Numbered from the stretch's first letter, positions 47,288 to 56,771 are shown. The stretch is 64,000 bases of DNA from an uncultured bacterium (GCA_938092135.1 CALLJL010000003.1:172724-236723); one strand, 5' to 3'. A program made the numbers and translations. The notes: a model not told the origin generated them from the letters alone.

Positions 47288-50092
47288 TTAAAATTCAAGC
47301 TTTAATCCCAAACGGAAAACGCGGGGCGATTGAATTTCTGTCGCTAAACGAAGAGGAAATTCAGGGGAGGTCCATTCATTTTCCTCCGTGGCCAAAGCCT
47401 GATTAAAAATATTATAAGCTTCAAGAAAAAGGGAACTTTTTAATTTTGCCCAGGTAAAACTTTTTTCTAAGCGGAAGTCAACCGTCATATTGAACTCATA
47501 ACGGGCTATCCCCCTAGGAAATGCCTGGATAAAGATAGGGCCCTGGTTAAGATGAGCGACTATTATTTTTCGACAGAAGGGTTGACCGTCATAGTATTTG
47601 GCAATTAGTCCAGCCTTAAATTCTCCGGGGAGATGAAAATTGAAGCCTAGACGAGCTGTATAGGCTCGATCAAAGCGCAATCTTCCCCGGGAATTAATAA
47701 GGGAATTTGGATCATCATAAAGCCAACCGATGATGGCCTCATCATTTTCCCATTCTGTGTTCCCTGGACTTGTTGTTCCATAAGCTTCAGTGGCGGTAAA
47801 AGAAAAATAAAAGATATGGAAGGAAAAACGTCGAACTATGACTAGATCAAGCCCTCGATAGCGCGAGGTTCGATGGACTGAGTCAGGATTAGTTAATAAA
47901 AAGAAATCCTTTCCCAAAGCATGGGGGAGACGGTTATGAATCGTAAAGGTAAGATCATCATGAGTTCCAGGAATTCGGTCATCACCGATATCTTGGAGAA
48001 TGAATTTTTCATAATCTTCTTCTTTTACTCCGATATTTTCGGTTTCTATAAGATTCCTTGTCAGGCGCGTAAAACCTGAAAGCGATAGGAAAAATTCTCG
48101 GCTCAGACGATAGGTGAAAGAGAGGGCAAATTCAGAACAAATTGGTCTTAAAAGCTTAGAATCAATTCGAGCGAAAAAGGGACCTTGCCGCCGAAGTAGG
48201 GGGCCTATCTCGTTTTCACTTAGCTGGGAGTCGCCGTCAAGGTCAAGCCACTTATATATCAAGCAACCCTCGGCTTCCGGACTTCCCCAGCGGAGATAAT
48301 TAAGGGGAAGAAGATGGGCCGTCTGCCCATAAAAAAACTTGAAATAGGCTCTTCTTGATTTACTTAAGGGTATAGTAAGGCCAAAACGGGGAAGCCAATT
48401 AAACCAGGAAATCTTTGAAGGCGATGTCCGGGTAAAATCACCGAAGGTTCTTTTAAGACCAGAGTACCCTCCCGCGCCTTTTGTCATAATTAGTTTAATT
48501 CCAGCTTCAAAGATAAAATAAGAGGAAAGATGCCAAGTGTCCTGAACATAAAAAGATAAATCACTCGCCTTTATTTTCTCTTGATTTTCCGTTGAGAAAA
48601 GGGCGGTAAGAAAGGGTTGACCTTCAAGAAAAAGAAGATGCCTCGAGCCAGGAATTTTTTTCCTGTTATCATAAAAACGAAAGGAGAAGTCAAAGCCAAA
48701 AAGAAAAGAATGATATCGAGAAGAAGGCGAGCCGAAAAGAAGCTCGCTCCGGAAATGAAAATTGAGATGACCTTTTTCTTCTTCACCAAAGCTTAGGGGA
48801 GCTCTCCAGACTATGGGTCGAAAGATTTCCCGACAGGAAAAGTTTAATTCGTTAACATAGGGATAAGTCTCTATTTTTTGATAGGCCAAACTCAAACCAG
48901 CAAAAAAAGATTGTCTGGATAAAGGTTTACTCTTCCAGAAAAATTGAGCTAGATAGGCCTTTCGATTGGCTTCCAAAGTTGCCTCCTGGCTCATTTTTCG
49001 GGCAGCCCCCATTTCTTCTTCCACTGTCTTTTGACCAGCAAAAAAAAGAGATATTTCCCCAAAAGAGGTGAATTCATTAAATCTAAAGGTTCCCGAAACT
49101 AAACGACTTTGATTTTGGCCATCATAATCGGCAATATTCCGTTCAAGTTGCTGGGAAAAAAAGCTTAAATAAAAAGAGCGATTCCCTGAAGCCAGTGGAC
49201 CTGAGGCCCAAAGACGAAACTTACGATCTTGTTTAAAGGTGTGGCTTTCCCTTAAGCCTTCTTCTCTTAAGGAAGGAGTGATATTAGATGTCGTAAGCCA
49301 TGGTTCAATTGAGGAAAAAATTATTCCTCCTTGATAACTTGGACCTCCTTTCTTTGTTTCAATTTCAATCAATCCTCCTGGGGAGGTGGCCAAAGCTGGA
49401 TGGAGACTGTTGCGATGCCGCCACGATTCAATGGTCATTAAATCAGGTAAAAGGAGAGGCGTTCCACCGTAAAAGGGTTCAGAAATATTGAGGCCATTCA
49501 ATCTGAATTCATTCTGGGTCCAGGAGGCTCCTCCTCGGGAACTGAATAGGGCCGGGGTGTCAGCCCATAGTCCGCCCGAATCGATTCGGTTTGTAGTGGC
49601 CGACAGATCCTGATTTTCAATAACCGAGGAAAAATTGTCAGCCGAAGGCAAAAGAGAAAGCTGATTTTGACTGATGACGGTCTGGGCCCCTAAATCCGTT
49701 ATATCATTTATGTCGACAATAGGTAAGGCAGTCGACTCTTTCCATTTAATCTTTAAGAAGAGAAATTGGGCTATCTCAAGAAAAATTTCCTGTTTCCAAA
49801 CTTCTTTGATTTCTTTGCCTGATATTCTTATTATAAGCTCATAACGACCAGACTGAAGACCGAGAAGAACTAAACAGCCCTGTTGATCAGGCTGGGCCAA
49901 AATTGGGGTTGCTAAGGAAGGGCTTTTCAAGAGAATTTCAATTGGCCTGTCTTCAAGACCTTCCAGCTGAAGGAAAAGATTAGAAGGACTTGAGGCCGAA
50001 AGAAGCGATATTAATCCAATGGTTCCGAAGAAAAAGAATAAACTGGCTTTTAAAGAGAAATCGGTCAGTTTCATTCGATTAAACCTAATCAA
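47288..50092 (-). CDS. TonB-dependent receptor-like outer membrane protein (Oar/carboxypeptidase-regulatory-domain type)
   Basis: Signal peptide, N-terminal Ig-like domain (LGLQSGRYEL), plug-like NEFRLNGLNISEP, WLPRFG, WLDLDGDSQLSENE loop, VDFRLEK, YNIFN, C-terminus PRVFRLGLKLEF. Confidence 0.82.
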   Translation of the reverse strand: MIRFNRMKLTDFSLKASLFFFFGTIGLISLLSASSPSNLFLQLEGLEDRPIEILLKSPSLATPILAQPDQQGCLVLLGLQSGRYELIIRISGKEIKEVWKQEIFLEIAQFLFLKIKWKESTALPIVDINDITDLGAQTVISQNQLSLLPSADNFSSVIENQDLSATTNRIDSGGLWADTPALFSSRGGASWTQNEFRLNGLNISEPFYGGTPLLLPDLMTIESWRHRNSLHPALATSPGGLIEIETKKGGPSYQGGIIFSSIEPWLTTSNITPSLREEGLRESHTFKQDRKFRLWASGPLASGNRSFYLSFFSQQLERNIADYDGQNQSRLVSGTFRFNEFTSFGEISLFFAGQKTVEEEMGAARKMSQEATLEANRKAYLAQFFWKSKPLSRQSFFAGLSLAYQKIETYPYVNELNFSCREIFRPIVWRAPLSFGEEEKGHLNFHFRSELLFGSPSSRYHSFLFGFDFSFRFYDNRKKIPGSRHLLFLEGQPFLTALFSTENQEKIKASDLSFYVQDTWHLSSYFIFEAGIKLIMTKGAGGYSGLKRTFGDFTRTSPSKISWFNWLPRFGLTIPLSKSRRAYFKFFYGQTAHLLPLNYLRWGSPEAEGCLIYKWLDLDGDSQLSENEIGPLLRRQGPFFARIDSKLLRPICSEFALSFTYRLSREFFLSLSGFTRLTRNLIETENIGVKEEDYEKFILQDIGDDRIPGTHDDLTFTIHNRLPHALGKDFFLLTNPDSVHRTSRYRGLDLVIVRRFSFHIFYFSFTATEAYGTTSPGNTEWENDEAIIGWLYDDPNSLINSRGRLRFDRAYTARLGFNFHLPGEFKAGLIAKYYDGQPFCRKIIVAHLNQGPIFIQAFPRGIARYEFNMTVDFRLEKSFTWAKLKSSLFLEAYNIFNQALATEENEWTSPEFPLRLATEIQSPRVFRLGLKLEF

Positions 50093-50310
50093 TAGGGTTT
50101 ATATATATGTTAGCCATGAAAAACTCTCTATTTTTCCTTTTTTAAATTTACTCTGTCAAGAACAGGTTTTTAAAAAAATTTTAATCCAGCAATAAACTTT
50201 AAGACCTAAAAAAATTTTTGGACTTATTTTTACCTTGAGCTTCTCCTCTATTGAGGGCAAAATAGATTTTAATCATTCGAATGAGGCTAAAAAAAGAAAG
50301 GAGATAATTC

Positions 50311-51711
50311 ATGATAAAAGAAAAAACTGAGGTAGCAATTATTGGGGCAGGACCGGCTGGATATGTGGCCGCTCTTCGAGGGGCTCAGTTTAGGAAAAAG
50401 GTTATTCTGATTGAGGAAGATAAAGTTGGAGGCACCTGTACCAATTACGGTTGCATTCCGACGAAGTATCTTCTTCATGAAACTCAGATCTTGAAGGAAG
50501 CCAAGGAAAACTCAAGGCTTAAAGGAAGTGAATCTTTAAGGCTTGATTGGTTTGAAGTTCAGAAAACGAGGCAGACAATTGTTGACCGTTTGGTAAAGGG
50601 GATTGAATTTCTGCTAACAAAAAACGGAGTGAAATTAATTAAAGGTAGAGCCCGATTAATTGATCAGCGACATATTGAGATAGTAGGCGACCAAGAGGAA
50701 AGAGTTATTGAGGCTGAGCGGATTATTTTAGCCACAGGCAGCCGCTCAGCTGATTTACCTTTTTTAAAAGCTGACGGGGCCAAAATAATAACCTCCCGAG
50801 AGGCCCTGGAAATGGCCACGCTGCCAGCGAGTTTAATAATTATCGGAGCTGGAGCCATTGGTCTTGAATTAGGTTCTATTTTTGCTCGAGCTGGAACTAA
50901 AGTGACTATTCTTGAAATCCTGGAGCGACCTTTACCTGGAACTGACCGACAGTTGGCAGAGAGACTTGGCCGGCTTTTGAGGCTCCAGGGAATTGACATT
51001 CAAACTGAAATGAAAGTAGAAAGGGCAGAAATTTTCCAGGATAAAGTTAGACTCAGTGGAACCTGCCTTAAAACTGATAAGCCCTTTCAGATTGAAGCGG
51101 AAAAGGTTCTTCTGGCTGCTGGACGACGACCTAATTCCGAAATTGTTCGAGAGATCGACTCGAGCCTTTGTGACTTTTCTGGTTTTGTCAAGGTTAATGA
51201 ATATTTTGAAACTGCTTGGCCTGGAGTTTATGCTATCGGTGACCTTATCGGGGGCAAATTACTGGCTCATAAAGCTATGCACGAAGGCCTATTGGCAATT
51301 GAAAATGCCTTTGGCGGCAGCCATTCTCTTGAGTCCCGAATGATTCCTATGGCTGTTTTCACCGACCCAGAGCTAGCCTCAGTTGGCTTGACCGAGGATG
51401 AAGCCGAAGAAATGGGGATAAGGGTTAAAGTAGGCCTTTTTCCCCTTAAGGCAAGCGGTCGAGCTTTAGCCATAGGGAAAAGTGAAGGCCTTGTGAAAAT
51501 TTTAGCTGATGAGAAAAATAACCTCGTTGGTGCTCATATCCTTTCGCCCGCAGCTTCAGAAATGATTGGCGAGATAGCGCTTGCTCTTCGTTTAAGACTC
51601 AAAGTCGAAGAAATTGGCCGCACAATTCACGTGCATCCAACCTTGAGTGAAGCCTTAAGTGAGGCCAGCTTAAAAGCTATTAACCAAGCCTTACATATTC
51701 TCAACGATTGA
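50311..51711 (+). CDS. lpdA: Dihydrolipoyl dehydrogenase
   Basis: GAGPAGY, GGTCTNYGCIP redox disulfide, GAGAIGLE, LAHKA, HPTLSE. Confidence 0.93.
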   Translation: MIKEKTEVAIIGAGPAGYVAALRGAQFRKKVILIEEDKVGGTCTNYGCIPTKYLLHETQILKEAKENSRLKGSESLRLDWFEVQKTRQTIVDRLVKGIEFLLTKNGVKLIKGRARLIDQRHIEIVGDQEERVIEAERIILATGSRSADLPFLKADGAKIITSREALEMATLPASLIIIGAGAIGLELGSIFARAGTKVTILEILERPLPGTDRQLAERLGRLLRLQGIDIQTEMKVERAEIFQDKVRLSGTCLKTDKPFQIEAEKVLLAAGRRPNSEIVREIDSSLCDFSGFVKVNEYFETAWPGVYAIGDLIGGKLLAHKAMHEGLLAIENAFGGSHSLESRMIPMAVFTDPELASVGLTEDEAEEMGIRVKVGLFPLKASGRALAIGKSEGLVKILADEKNNLVGAHILSPAASEMIGEIALALRLRLKVEEIGRTIHVHPTLSEALSEASLKAINQALHILND

Positions 51712-51874
51712 TAGGTCTTTCTTTTCGGCCTTAAAAAAGAAATCATTTTTTTGTCTATTCCAAATTTTTTTATAAGGAAAAGAGCTTATGAAAGAGAATA
51801 TTTGATTTTTGATTACCGGCAGACTCAATCGGGTTAAAAGCGAGCATTGACTCAAGGGACAATGAATCTATAAA

Positions 51875-53611
51875 ATGGAAAAAACTATGGAAAAAGCTTC
51901 CTTAATATATGAAGCGGGATGGTATGGCGAAGAGCATGATGGTTACCATCCTTTTCGATGGATGAGCCGGGAAGCCACCATGCGGCTTTGGATTGAATCG
52001 AAAAAAGGGAAAAGGCTTCTCGAAATAGTTGCTGGCCATTCCTTTTCCCCTGAAAAACCGAAACTTAAAGTTTTTATTTTTGGTCATGAAGTTGGCGAGA
52101 GACTAATTCATTCAGCTTTTTCCAGTTATTTCTTTCCTTTGATTGGAGAGGAGGAGGTGATCGTCACCTTAAGCCTGGATCATACCTTTCGGGCTCAGGG
52201 AGATCCTCGCGACCTTGGTATTATGGTTCGGTCAATTCGGGTTATTGATTTAGAGGACCTAAGAGAGCCCCTTTACGGGGAAGGCTGGTATGAATGGGAA
52301 AGGGGTGAGCTTTTTCCCTTTCGGTGGATGAGGAGAGAAGCTCAGTTATTTCTGCCCGCTTCTTGGAAAAAAGGCTATTTGTTGATGCCCCTTTCAAGCG
52401 AATACTTTAATCAGAAACAGGTTCTCTCTATTTTTTGGAAAGGAAAAGAAATAGCCCGTTGGCCGCTTCTTTATCAGTGGAATGCCTATAGCTTGAAGTT
52501 GCCAGAAGAGCAATCTTCAGATTATGGGGAGTCAGGAAAGGGGGATGATTGGGAATTGCCTGAAAAAATTAAAGATTTATCTTTATCTGGGAAAGATGAT
52601 TTAATTGAAGGAAAAGATTTTAAAAAAAGCAGGGTTCTTTTTATTGAAGATGGCTCTGAGGCAATTGAACTTACTTTTAAATTAAACCGACTTTTTCCTG
52701 AACGCTATCATCCACAAGATGATCGAGAGCTGGGGATAAGGATAGGTCCAATCTCTTGGCATCAGGATGAAGCCCGACATAAAGATATTGTCTTTTTTCA
52801 TGAGAATGCCGTTAAGAATTACGAGGAAATGATGGCCGGAAAGACCGTGCTATCTTCTTATCCTACTAATCTGGGGATTGATCTTTATTCTCGTTGTAAT
52901 ATTTATCCCCCCTGTGTCTATTGCCTTTACGATCGGATGAAAGTCCTTGAGGGTGAAGATCAAGAAGTAATAGTTGATGATAAAACTCTAGAAAGTTATG
53001 GACCCTTTTTTAAAGCGGCCCGAAGCATTGTCAATTGTTCCTTTGGGGAACCCCTCCTTCATCCTCGACTTGAAGAAATTCTTGAATTTTGTGCTTCCAG
53101 AGGCAAGATTGTCGAGCTATCTACAAATGGCCAGGCTTTTACGAATCGAACGATCAAGGCTCTATTAGGGAAACCAATTTATCTTTATGTTTCCCTGGAT
53201 GCCGCAACCGCTGAAACCTATGCCAAGATAAGAAATGAACGTTTCGTTGAAATTATAGCCAACTTGATTAAGCTTAACGAAGAAAGGAAAAAGGCCAAAG
53301 GCTTGCCTAAGATTTTCATGGTTTTTATGCCCATGCGGGTTAATCTTCATGAGCTCGAAGAATATTTTCGCCTTTGTCAACAAATTGAAGCCGATGCCTT
53401 AGTCCTAAGGCCACTGCTTTATCTTGAAAAACCTGATATAAGAGAGATAAGAGGTGGCTATCTCTTTGATTATGAAAAGGAGCTTCTAAGTTCTGAAGAG
53501 ATCAGAGCAGTTATTTCCAAGGCTGAAGAGCTGTCCAGAAAATACAAAATTCCCTTGGCCAATCAATTTGAATTTGGCCAAGTGAGCGAACCCGGCAGCT
53601 TTAAATTTTAA
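51875..53611 (+). CDS. Radical SAM protein with two N-terminal beta-sandwich repeats and a CX5CX2C motif
   Basis: RCNIYPPCVYC, FGEPLLHP, STNG, VSLDAATAETYAKIR, MRVNLHEL. The start may be the second ATG at 51887. Confidence 0.85.
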   Translation: MEKTMEKASLIYEAGWYGEEHDGYHPFRWMSREATMRLWIESKKGKRLLEIVAGHSFSPEKPKLKVFIFGHEVGERLIHSAFSSYFFPLIGEEEVIVTLSLDHTFRAQGDPRDLGIMVRSIRVIDLEDLREPLYGEGWYEWERGELFPFRWMRREAQLFLPASWKKGYLLMPLSSEYFNQKQVLSIFWKGKEIARWPLLYQWNAYSLKLPEEQSSDYGESGKGDDWELPEKIKDLSLSGKDDLIEGKDFKKSRVLFIEDGSEAIELTFKLNRLFPERYHPQDDRELGIRIGPISWHQDEARHKDIVFFHENAVKNYEEMMAGKTVLSSYPTNLGIDLYSRCNIYPPCVYCLYDRMKVLEGEDQEVIVDDKTLESYGPFFKAARSIVNCSFGEPLLHPRLEEILEFCASRGKIVELSTNGQAFTNRTIKALLGKPIYLYVSLDAATAETYAKIRNERFVEIIANLIKLNEERKKAKGLPKIFMVFMPMRVNLHELEEYFRLCQQIEADALVLRPLLYLEKPDIREIRGGYLFDYEKELLSSEEIRAVISKAEELSRKYKIPLANQFEFGQVSEPGSFKF

Positions 53612-53633
53612 AATATTGATAAGGAATTAAAAA

Positions 53634-54020
53634 ATGAGTATGGCTCACCTAGAAGAAGATGAACTAGGTTTGAAAAATCTTCCTCTCTGCCGGGAACCCT
53701 GGCAAAGTTATTATATTTTGCGTCGAGGAATTTTGCCCTGCTGTCATGGCGAAAAGCCGATTGCTCCAATGAGGGATTGGGCTCAAGCATGGAATAGTCC
53801 GGCCCTTCAGGAAATACGAAAATATTTAAGTCAGGGCAAACTTAGTCCTTACTGCCTTTCAAGTCTTGGTTGCCCCATTGTTCAAAAATATTTGGAAAGA
53901 AAAAGACAAGAACTTAAATTGGCGGCTTTCTCGCCTCAAATGAGGCCTCTCTGGATGCGCCTAATCAATCGACTTTTGCTGGGTTTTCCAGCCAAAATCT
54001 ATCGCTTCCTCCAAAAATAG
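53634..54020 (+). CDS. Stand-alone SPASM/Twitch-like Fe-S domain protein
   Basis: CREPW, GILPCC, AWNSPALQEIR, YCLSSLGCP. Own AAGGA RBS, 22 nt after the radical SAM gene. Confidence 0.75.
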   Translation: MSMAHLEEDELGLKNLPLCREPWQSYYILRRGILPCCHGEKPIAPMRDWAQAWNSPALQEIRKYLSQGKLSPYCLSSLGCPIVQKYLERKRQELKLAAFSPQMRPLWMRLINRLLLGFPAKIYRFLQK

Positions 54021-54034
54021 GGACACATACTTTT

Positions 54035-55708
54035 TTACCGGATATAGCCTAAAGAGCGAAGCATTTCTTCAGTTTTTTGATCAATAGCTATCTCTATTTT
54101 TTCCTTGATGGCCATTCTAGCAAAATCCTCGAGCTTAACTTTTAGAAATTGCACCTTTTCATTATCTTCAATTAAGCCTGCTAGATTATCCTTTTCCTCT
54201 GGATCATCCTTTAAATTAAAAATTTCAAGGCGATTTTCTTCAGGAGTTAAGATAAGATGCCAGGGAGGGTCAAGGATGGCAAAGCGATCCCTCACTGATT
54301 CCGGTCGATAGGTTTCCATAAAGATGGGTGCGACCTTCTTATCTTTTATTTTCAAAAGATTATTTCCCTGTTGTTGAGGAAGTTTTCCCCAGCCCATTAT
54401 CGCCATTACAGTTGGAGCTATGTCTAAAAGAGTAACTGGCGTTTGAATCCTTTGACCACCTTTAAGGCGACCAGGATAACAAATAATAAGAGGCACTTTC
54501 ATATACACCTCATAAAGATAATGAATATGACCGATGTGGGGATCGCCATAAGCACTGAGGTATTCTCCTAGACCTTCGCCATGGTCACCAGCAATAATGA
54601 AGAGTGTGTTTTTATACAAATTGAGTTCTTCCAATTGATTGATTAGGCGCTTTATTTGCCGGTCCATATATTCAACTTCGAGCCGATACTGGTTTCGGAT
54701 AGCGTTGACGGGTAAAAGAAGTTTTCCCCTAAAATTAAAGATAGCTCCTCGCGGTTTAAATCCATTTTGTATTTCAATAAAACTTCCTGATTTGAAAAAA
54801 AAGACGCTATCCTCCCGCCGAAAATACCAGCCTCTAATAAGATCGGCTTTTATCTCCTGGCCGTTGTTTGCATCGATAACTTTGAGCCGGTCGAGACGGG
54901 CCAGGAAATGGTCAGGATTGGAATCGGCGAAATTGTTTACCTCAAGGCGAATTAAGTTGCGTCCTGGCTTTAACGTTATGGGTAAATTGTAAGTTCGATA
55001 TTTATTCAAGCAAGTTTCGAGGATGAGCTCATCATTAAGATAAACTTTTAAATCATTGGGAGAATCAGGCGGAGCGTAGGGATCGTGGGGATCGGAATAA
55101 TGGATCCATATAAAAAAGGGCTCATTCCGATGGGCCTGAATCCAGGGGAAGACCCTTTCATTTACCTCCTCAGCGTGTAAATACCATCTATCTTCCGGGA
55201 AAGAATCCTCATAGTATTCAAAACCTTCATTGAGGCCGAAGCGAGCGGCCAAGACCCCTAAGGAAACAAAGGCCGCTGTTCTATATTTATTTTTCTTAAA
55301 AAAGTTGACAAGGGATGGTCTGTTCCTTTTGAGCCGCAGCTCTTGGCCATTGTTATAATTTTTTAAAGAATAAGGGGGTTCAGAGAAAAAAATTGAGGCA
55401 TGGGAGGGAAGAGTTATGGGAATTAGGGAATAGGCCTTTTCAAAATAAATTCCCTCCTTGGCCAGAGTGTCAAGTTGGGGAGTTGAAACCTTATCGGGAT
55501 TAACCAAACTTAAATAATCAGCCCTATGAGTATCAAGGGTAATCAGAATAACCCTTAAAGGACGAGGCAGGCGCTGGCAGGCCGTGAAAAAAAGACAGGA
55601 AATTAAAAAAAGAAGAGCTATTTTGGGTAAAAAAGAATGGACCATAATATAATTATTTCTTTCAGGACTTGATTTAATCATCATTTTTTTCTTCTTTTGT
55701 TTCATCAT
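54035..55708 (-). CDS. Sulfatase-like hydrolase/transferase (alkaline phosphatase superfamily), probable lipoprotein
   Basis: Lipobox-like FTAC, ILITLDTHRAD, ITLPSHASIF, WIHYSDPHDPY, GDHGEGLGE, LLDIAPT, DPEE, LRSLGYI. The real start is probably a downstream ATG. Confidence 0.9.
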   Translation of the reverse strand: MMKQKKKKMMIKSSPERNNYIMVHSFLPKIALLFLISCLFFTACQRLPRPLRVILITLDTHRADYLSLVNPDKVSTPQLDTLAKEGIYFEKAYSLIPITLPSHASIFFSEPPYSLKNYNNGQELRLKRNRPSLVNFFKKNKYRTAAFVSLGVLAARFGLNEGFEYYEDSFPEDRWYLHAEEVNERVFPWIQAHRNEPFFIWIHYSDPHDPYAPPDSPNDLKVYLNDELILETCLNKYRTYNLPITLKPGRNLIRLEVNNFADSNPDHFLARLDRLKVIDANNGQEIKADLIRGWYFRREDSVFFFKSGSFIEIQNGFKPRGAIFNFRGKLLLPVNAIRNQYRLEVEYMDRQIKRLINQLEELNLYKNTLFIIAGDHGEGLGEYLSAYGDPHIGHIHYLYEVYMKVPLIICYPGRLKGGQRIQTPVTLLDIAPTVMAIMGWGKLPQQQGNNLLKIKDKKVAPIFMETYRPESVRDRFAILDPPWHLILTPEENRLEIFNLKDDPEEKDNLAGLIEDNEKVQFLKVKLEDFARMAIKEKIEIAIDQKTEEMLRSLGYIR

Positions 55709-55947
55709 TAATTAAATTACCTAAATGAGGCAATTTAAAGCTTCATAAATTTTACTTTATTTTAGCTAATTTGTCGCTTTTATTTTTTTCCCTTTATTTT
55801 CGTTTTTACAATGTTCTTTAATGACCCTATCTTATTGGAAATTATGGCATTACCGGAAAATAAAAAAATAGAAAGAAATTTTAACAAAATAGTTGAAAAA
55901 AATATATTGACTTGGATAAAATTTTTCGCCTAAATATTAAGACTACC

Positions 55948-56292
55948 GTGATTGAATTATTTTTGGTTTTTATAGTTTTCGGACTTGTGGGGGTTCTTCT
56001 TCTTTTCCTGAATGCTCTCCTAGGTCCAAAAAGGACAAATCCCCTTAAGGAAAAGCCTTTTGAGTGTGGTAGTCCCTATCTCCAGAAAGATATTAATCCT
56101 TTCCCCGTAAAGTTCTATCTTGTGGCTTTTCTTTTTCTTCTTTTTGATGTGGAAGTGGTCTTTTTCTTCCCTTGGGCCCTTGTTTTTCGCGATATGGCCG
56201 GAACAGCTCTGATTATCATGGCGGCTTATTTAGCAGTGCTTATTTTGGGATTGATCTATGCTTGGAAAACCGGCGCATTTGAATGGGATTAG
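55948..56292 (+). CDS. nuoA: NADH-quinone oxidoreductase subunit A
   Basis: PFECG, KFYLVAFLFLLFDVEVVFFFPWA, GAFEW. The GTG at 55948 is preferred over the TTG at 55912. Confidence 0.95.
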   Translation: MIELFLVFIVFGLVGVLLLFLNALLGPKRTNPLKEKPFECGSPYLQKDINPFPVKFYLVAFLFLLFDVEVVFFFPWALVFRDMAGTALIIMAAYLAVLILGLIYAWKTGAFEWD

Positions 56293-56771
56293 CCATGAAC
56301 GGACGGTTTTTTCTAACCACCCTAAATGAAATTCTGAGCTGGGGTCGAAAATATTCATTGTTCCAATATCCCTTTGTTACTGCTTGTTGTGGCATGGAAT
56401 ATATGTCGACAGCCTGTGCTCATTTCGATCTTGACCGTTTTGGCGCTGGTTGGACCAGATTTTCGCCCCGTCAAGCTGATTTGCTTCTTGTAGTTGGTAC
56501 AGTGACTCAAAAGCTGGCTCCGGTATTAAAGACCGTTTATGACCAGATGACAGAACCTAAATGGGTTATTGCTTTTGGCACCTGTGCGGTAAGTGGCGGC
56601 ATTTATGATAATTATGCCGTCGTTCAAGGTATTGACGAGATAATCCCCGTGGATATTTATATTCCCGGATGTCCGCCTCGACCGGAAACAGTTCTTGATG
56701 GGTTAATTAAATTGCAAGAAAAAATCAAAAATCAGGAACAGGAATGGCGATGGAAGAGACGGAAATTTTGA
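56283..56771 (+). CDS. nuoB: NADH-quinone oxidoreductase subunit B
   Basis: TACCGME, SPRQAD, QMTEPKWVIAFGTCA, PGCPPRPE. Confidence 0.96.
   Translation: MGLAMNGRFFLTTLNEILSWGRKYSLFQYPFVTACCGMEYMSTACAHFDLDRFGAGWTRFSPRQADLLLVVGTVTQKLAPVLKTVYDQMTEPKWVIAFGTCAVSGGIYDNYAVVQGIDEIIPVDIYIPGCPPRPETVLDGLIKLQEKIKNQEQEWRWKRRKF

Noticed and set aside
51875-54020. Classical anaerobic sulfatase maturase (anSME) or RiPP maturase interpretation
   Set aside because: The neighbouring sulfatase-like protein lacks the C/S-x-P-x-R target, the auxiliary domain has too few Cys for a full anSME SPASM, and no precursor peptide or RRE domain is visible.
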